Part shown: one piece after another, positions 60,301 through 64,000 of the stretch
Layout: each line of letters opens with the position of its first letter
How positions within the stretch are numbered: the first letter of the stretch is position 1
NCBI GenBank assembly: GCA_905178155.1
Contig: CAJINV010000011.1
Span: forward strand, 2,251,331 to 2,315,330
From: Amoebophrya sp. A120
Taxonomy: Eukaryota; Protista; Dinoflagellata
Length of the DNA: 64,000 bases
Reading direction: 5' to 3'
Made by a program: the position numbers and the translations under genes
The notes under the pieces: model-generated
Databases searched by the model: none
Seen by the model: only the letters and a program-made list of their open reading frames with translations
Told to the model about the DNA's origin: nothing

Positions 60301-62694
60301 GACACACCCTTCCCGGGTGCTGCGCCGCACATGAGTCAGAACGTCGAAGAACTTGGTCAAGAAGTAGACGTAGATTGTTACAACTACATGGAAGTAGATG
60401 TTGGCGCGGGAGCTGCACAAGTACTACGCAACTCTAGCAGCGCAGCTGCGGCAGGAGCCGCGTTGGGGTGCAGCACGCCTGTGCTGGCTGAGCGTCAGCA
60501 AGAGGTGATGTCGCCTAAAATTGATGGCCATAGGAGCAATGAAGACGACGAGCGGGTTGTACCGCAGTTGTTTCATAACGACGAGGAACAACTTCTCAAG
60601 AACAACTCCCAGGACCATCAGCATGAAGGCTCCTGGGGTGGCGCAAGCTCGGTACGCCAAAATCCCGGCAGTCAGGGCTTCAACATGTCCGGGATCTTGG
60701 ACGGTGGCTCTGGTGCCGGAGGACCTCCGTTTAGTTGCACTTTCCCGTCGAGTTCCAGTTCTTGTCCAGGCTCCGCGCCGTCGCAAATGTCACAGAACGC
60801 GGCCAATGCACTGGGTACTAACTCGGCACTACACGCTGCACCAGGTAGTTCGGAAAGAAACCTTCCTCACGAGGAGGACCTAGGGCGGCGGAAGAACGGC
60901 AACGAGGACCATGGTGAACAGGCATTCTATTTGCCGTCCCCCTTCGATTTGGGTCGTCCGCCGAGTGTGGAAGATGAAAACAACGCAGAAGTAGATGAAA
61001 AACTGCAACCAGGGGCAAACGTGGAACAATCACGAGCAATAGTGCAACAAGAAAATAACGTTAACGGGAAGAAAAACGCGAGCTGTGGTCAAGAGTCGTC
61101 GGAAAGTTGTGGTAACATCAAGCTGCTTCCGAGCAGCTCGAGCAGCCCTTCATCAAGTTTCGTATCGGCCAAGGAAAGTCGTGACAGCGAGGAGGTGTTA
61201 GACATGGAGGAGCAAGAGCAAAACCACGACTGTATTGCACATGCTTCACCTGCTACCGGCGGTGACCGGCCGCCGCCGGCGAATCAGGAAGCTCTTTCTA
61301 GCAACAACAGCCTGCTGAAGCCGAATCCGCCGACGGTGTCATCATCTGTATTGAGTGGAGCAGCTGCAGGAGGTGAGCGTGAGCAGCAGCAGCGAGAACG
61401 ACCTCCTCCTGGGAGCAGTGTTAGCCGATCTTGCTCGAGCAGCGGGAGGAAAAATAAAGGTCGGCAAGACGATGGAGTAGACCTGCAGGAAAAGCAAACT
61501 TTCAGAGACGAAGGCTCGTCTTCGCGAAAGCGCAATTTGGGCAATAAAAGAAGCGGCGTCAGCTGCTACAGCCCACGAGAAGGAGCTGTGCCTGATTTGT
61601 TAGCCGGAGAGGGACAGGAGGTACTACTACCCGGAAAAATATCATCTGCGAAGCCGGAAAATTCTAACGGATTTTTGTCAACAAAAAAGGTGGATATTGG
61701 TCGTGAACAACCAAACCGCGACTCGGAAGACCCGAACCCTAGCGAGGAGGAAATCGAAAAGCAGGCGAAAGTTCCGAAACTGGAGAAAGGGTCTGCAGAA
61801 AAAAAGGCGAAAAACAAGGCTTCCAATAAAGCGAAGGCAAAGCCGGACGCTGCCCCGAAGACAAAAGCGATGAAGGCAGAAGCTGTTACTGGTGCCGCAG
61901 CGGCGTCTTCTTCTTCTGTTCCAGAAGCGAAAAAGAAGGAAAACGAAAAGAAGAGCAGTAAAGCAGCTTCACAACTACCTAGTTCCGGCGGGAAGAAAAA
62001 CAATAAGTCAGCAGCTGCAGCAAAGTCAAAAGCGACCCCGCCGCCGGTGAAGAAAACAGCAAATCGGGAGAAAAATGAAAACGCAGCAAAGTCATCAGCA
62101 GCTGGGCCGAAACAGAAAGCGAAGAAATCGAAGGAAGCCCCCACGACTTTAACTTCTTCTTCTAGCAGCAGCCTCGACGAGGTACTAAAGGGAGGAAGTA
62201 CTAGTGTACAACAAGCACCTGGGCCGAGCAAGAAAGCCGAGCTTCTAGGCAGTGATCCTCCCGCACCAGACTCTTGTTCTCCCGCGATGAAAAAGAGCAA
62301 AAAACAAGGGAAACAGGGACCGACCTCAAAGGGCGGAAAAAATGTATTAAACAATGCAGCATCTTCATCATCGGCAGTGGGTTCATCTTCGAGCTTCAGA
62401 CAGAATCAGAACGCAGCTGCTCCGGAGCAAGCAACCACGACGAGCAAGGCGAGCAGCAGTGGTGCTGGTAGAACTAGTGGGATGAAAAATGCGGCCGCGG
62501 CCTCGCATCTGCGGGCGGTCCCTGACGCGCAGAGACAGTTGCTCAGCCGCGGGAAGAAGCAGTTCGGCGACAAGGTTCTTGCGAACAGCAACCCGCTAGG
62601 ATCGCTAGGCGTCTCCGACCCGCAAGAAGCCGCAGGAGACCTCTGTCCAGTGGCCGAGCTGCCGGATGGATGTATTGAGATTTTTCTTCGTTAA
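45397..62694 (+). CDS. Very large (~4,970 aa) low-complexity protein with one TTF-type-like zinc finger, 8 exons
   Basis: Exons 45397-45742, 45976-46210, 47161-49681, 49861-54240, 54489-58560, 58738-58992, 59272-59335, 59652-62694 (sum 14916 nt, divisible by 3). Every join comes from removing a TIR element plus one direct repeat. The 3' end may extend further. Confidence 0.75.
45743..45970. mobile_element. Introner, family D
   Basis: TATGACGGTGCACAACTCCC...GGGAGTTGCGCACAGTCATA; direct repeat TGCGG. The paralogue has an empty site at ~44549-44553. Confidence 0.93.
46211..47152. mobile_element. 942-bp TIR element acting as an intron, 8-bp direct repeat
   Basis: ~55-bp imperfect TIRs (TTATGTCTTCAACGGTCGTTAGCAT.. 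/ ..ATGCTAACGGGTGTTAAAGCTGTAA); ATGAAGTC at 46203-46210 and 47153-47160; internal TCAAAATAGAGAAGT repeats at 46564-46695. Confidence 0.82.
49682..49855. mobile_element. Introner, family A
   Basis: TATGCATGGCAAAAGTA...CCTTTGCAATGCATA; direct repeat CGGGA/TGGGA. Removing 179 bp joins ORFs 47153 and 49849. Confidence 0.88.
54241..54483. mobile_element. Introner, family B
   Basis: TATCAAATGTAAGGATGTCTGGGTCTGGAA...TTTCAGACCCAGACATTTTTACATTTGATA; direct repeat AGCAT. Removing 248 bp joins the frames. Confidence 0.92.
58561..58732. mobile_element. Introner, family A
   Basis: TAGGCATTGCAAAAG...CTTTTGCAATGCATA; direct repeat GCAGA. Removing 177 bp keeps frame. Confidence 0.9.
58993..59269. mobile_element. 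Introner, family B (direct repeat reduced to GA)
   Basis: TATCCATTGCAAATATGTCTGG...CCAAGACGTATTTGCAGTTGATA. Confidence 0.8.
59345..59646. mobile_element. Introner, family A (left direct repeat displaced)
   Basis: TATCCTGTGCAAAAGTAATATCGCGCTCGTGCT...AGCACAGTGCGTTATTCTTTGCAACTTTGATA; CAGAA at 59331-59335 and 59647-59651. Confidence 0.78.
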
Positions 62695-63146
62695 GTAGTA
62701 GAATGTTGAAGTACTTAAATCATAATCAATTTCGTTTCCGGAGCTGATTGCAGATGTAGCGCCAGCACAGTTGATGCATTTATTTTTGCGCAACACCTTC
62801 TGCACAAATAACAATAAACCAGTTACGCAAGAGCACAACACGCAAAGCGAAGACCTTTACCTGACGAACCAAGCGCAAGGAAGCAAGCAGCCGGCCATAT
62901 GAAAGTAATCTCACGCGACGAAATCCGAACTCGTATTGACAACCCCCTCGTGGCCAGCGTATTGCATTTGCAGTTTCGTTCTTCGTCTATCGGGGAGCTT
63001 TCTACGAGGCTGCGCGCTGTGGCGCTTGTTGCCATGTTCCTGAGCCTTGCTTCGACTGCTTTCTTATTCTTCATTGGTCAAGGATTCTGGCTCGGGAGTA
63101 GTACTTACCTGCAGAGCTGAGCGTGAGTTTCCTTCTCTAATAGATT

Positions 63147-63467
63147 TTGATGGCAGGAGTCGATAATTTCGTCCTTGGATCATGTTCCTTTCAAGCGCAG
63201 CCGCCACTACACAACCCTGGTGGCGAGGGAGCAGGGCAGTCCGCCATCGCGCCTAGCAATTTATTTGATCCCGAATTGCTTGTTCCACTCCCGTTACGCA
63301 ACACCTCTCACTGCGGTATTTGTGGGTACAATCGGGCGACCATCCTGGAAAACGCCGGCCGGCTGCGCTGTGGAAAGCACCGAGTATGTAATAATTGCGC
63401 AAAACATAATTTTCGAGACCGCGCTACCTGGCTGCAGGAGCACCAGTGCCGGTTTTGTGAGGCGTAA
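63147..63467 (+). CDS. RING finger (C3HC4-like) exon or small gene
   Basis: CGIC-x15-CGKHRVCNNC-x16-CRFC has RING spacing. Gene boundaries unresolved. Confidence 0.65.
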   Translation: MMAGVDNFVLGSCSFQAQPPLHNPGGEGAGQSAIAPSNLFDPELLVPLPLRNTSHCGICGYNRATILENAGRLRCGKHRVCNNCAKHNFRDRATWLQEHQCRFCEA

Positions 63468-64000
63468 CATACATACAAGCCAATAAAAATCCTATCGCAA
63501 TCCAATTATTGGATTGCGGCATGTACTTTCGCACATGTTGTTTGAAGATGTTGCATTCCAACCGACAACTTCTGAGAAGTTGCCGTCTGTAGATTCTCCT
63601 TGATACTTGCGAAGCACTGCTAAGTCCGTGAAGTTCATGAGACTACTAGTTTGTTCGTCAAAAGCTTTTCAACATTCATATCACGCATCCTATTTATTTT
63701 TTTTTGAAAAAACAAAACGCAGCGGTAGAGAAGAATCTGTGAAGGCAAGAGTAGAAAGAGTGGATTCTCGCGTAAGACGCGAACACTGTAAACTGTAAAG
63801 ACACAAGGCAAATACTCGTGGGTGCACGTGAATCCATAGACGTATTCGTATGTAAAAAAATAAGTTGTTCGTGTTCCACATAGTACATGACAAGCAGACA
63901 CGATAGCTCCATGCCAACAAGAAATTAATAGAGAGTTTTGGAGCGTAACAGGGTATTTTTTCGGTGCAGGCATGCTTTTTTGAAAATCGCTGATCCAAAT

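Noticed and set aside
62979-62993. TTCTTCGTCTATCGG match to the junction at 20362-20376; also TGCCAAATAACG at 26326
   Set aside because: Too short and not extendable; not counted as motif copies.
1-64000. tRNA or rRNA genes
   Set aside because: None recognised by eye; tRNAscan-SE and cmscan were not run.

Overview
Eukaryotic, intron-rich DNA. The many non-GT-AG introns bounded by inverted repeats plus short direct repeats match the introner elements reported for the parasitic dinoflagellate Amoebophrya (Syndiniales); that host assignment is inference. Left part (1-26.2 kb): a rearranged region with two ~91-92 bp hairpin satellites and a ~10-13 kb block present twice (DUF285/BspA-like gene, secreted 2OG-Fe(II) oxygenase-like gene, small intron-containing gene). 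It also holds seven same-orientation copies of a ~25-70 bp structured motif that separate ~1 kb foreign fragments (LINE pieces, a piece of the neighbouring rotatin gene), forming an insertion-capture array. Middle (27.2-40.9 kb): a 14-exon rotatin-like gene (~2,660 aa as I splice it) mixing GT-AG introns with TAT...ATA transposon-like introns; one of these carries a nested 3.2 kb insertion containing a third hairpin satellite. Right (45.4-62.7 kb): a ~4,970 aa low-complexity protein whose seven introns are all TIR/TSD-type elements. A truncated tandem paralogue upstream lacks the first intron, and a RING-finger ORF follows. All alignments, counts and splice models were done by eye.
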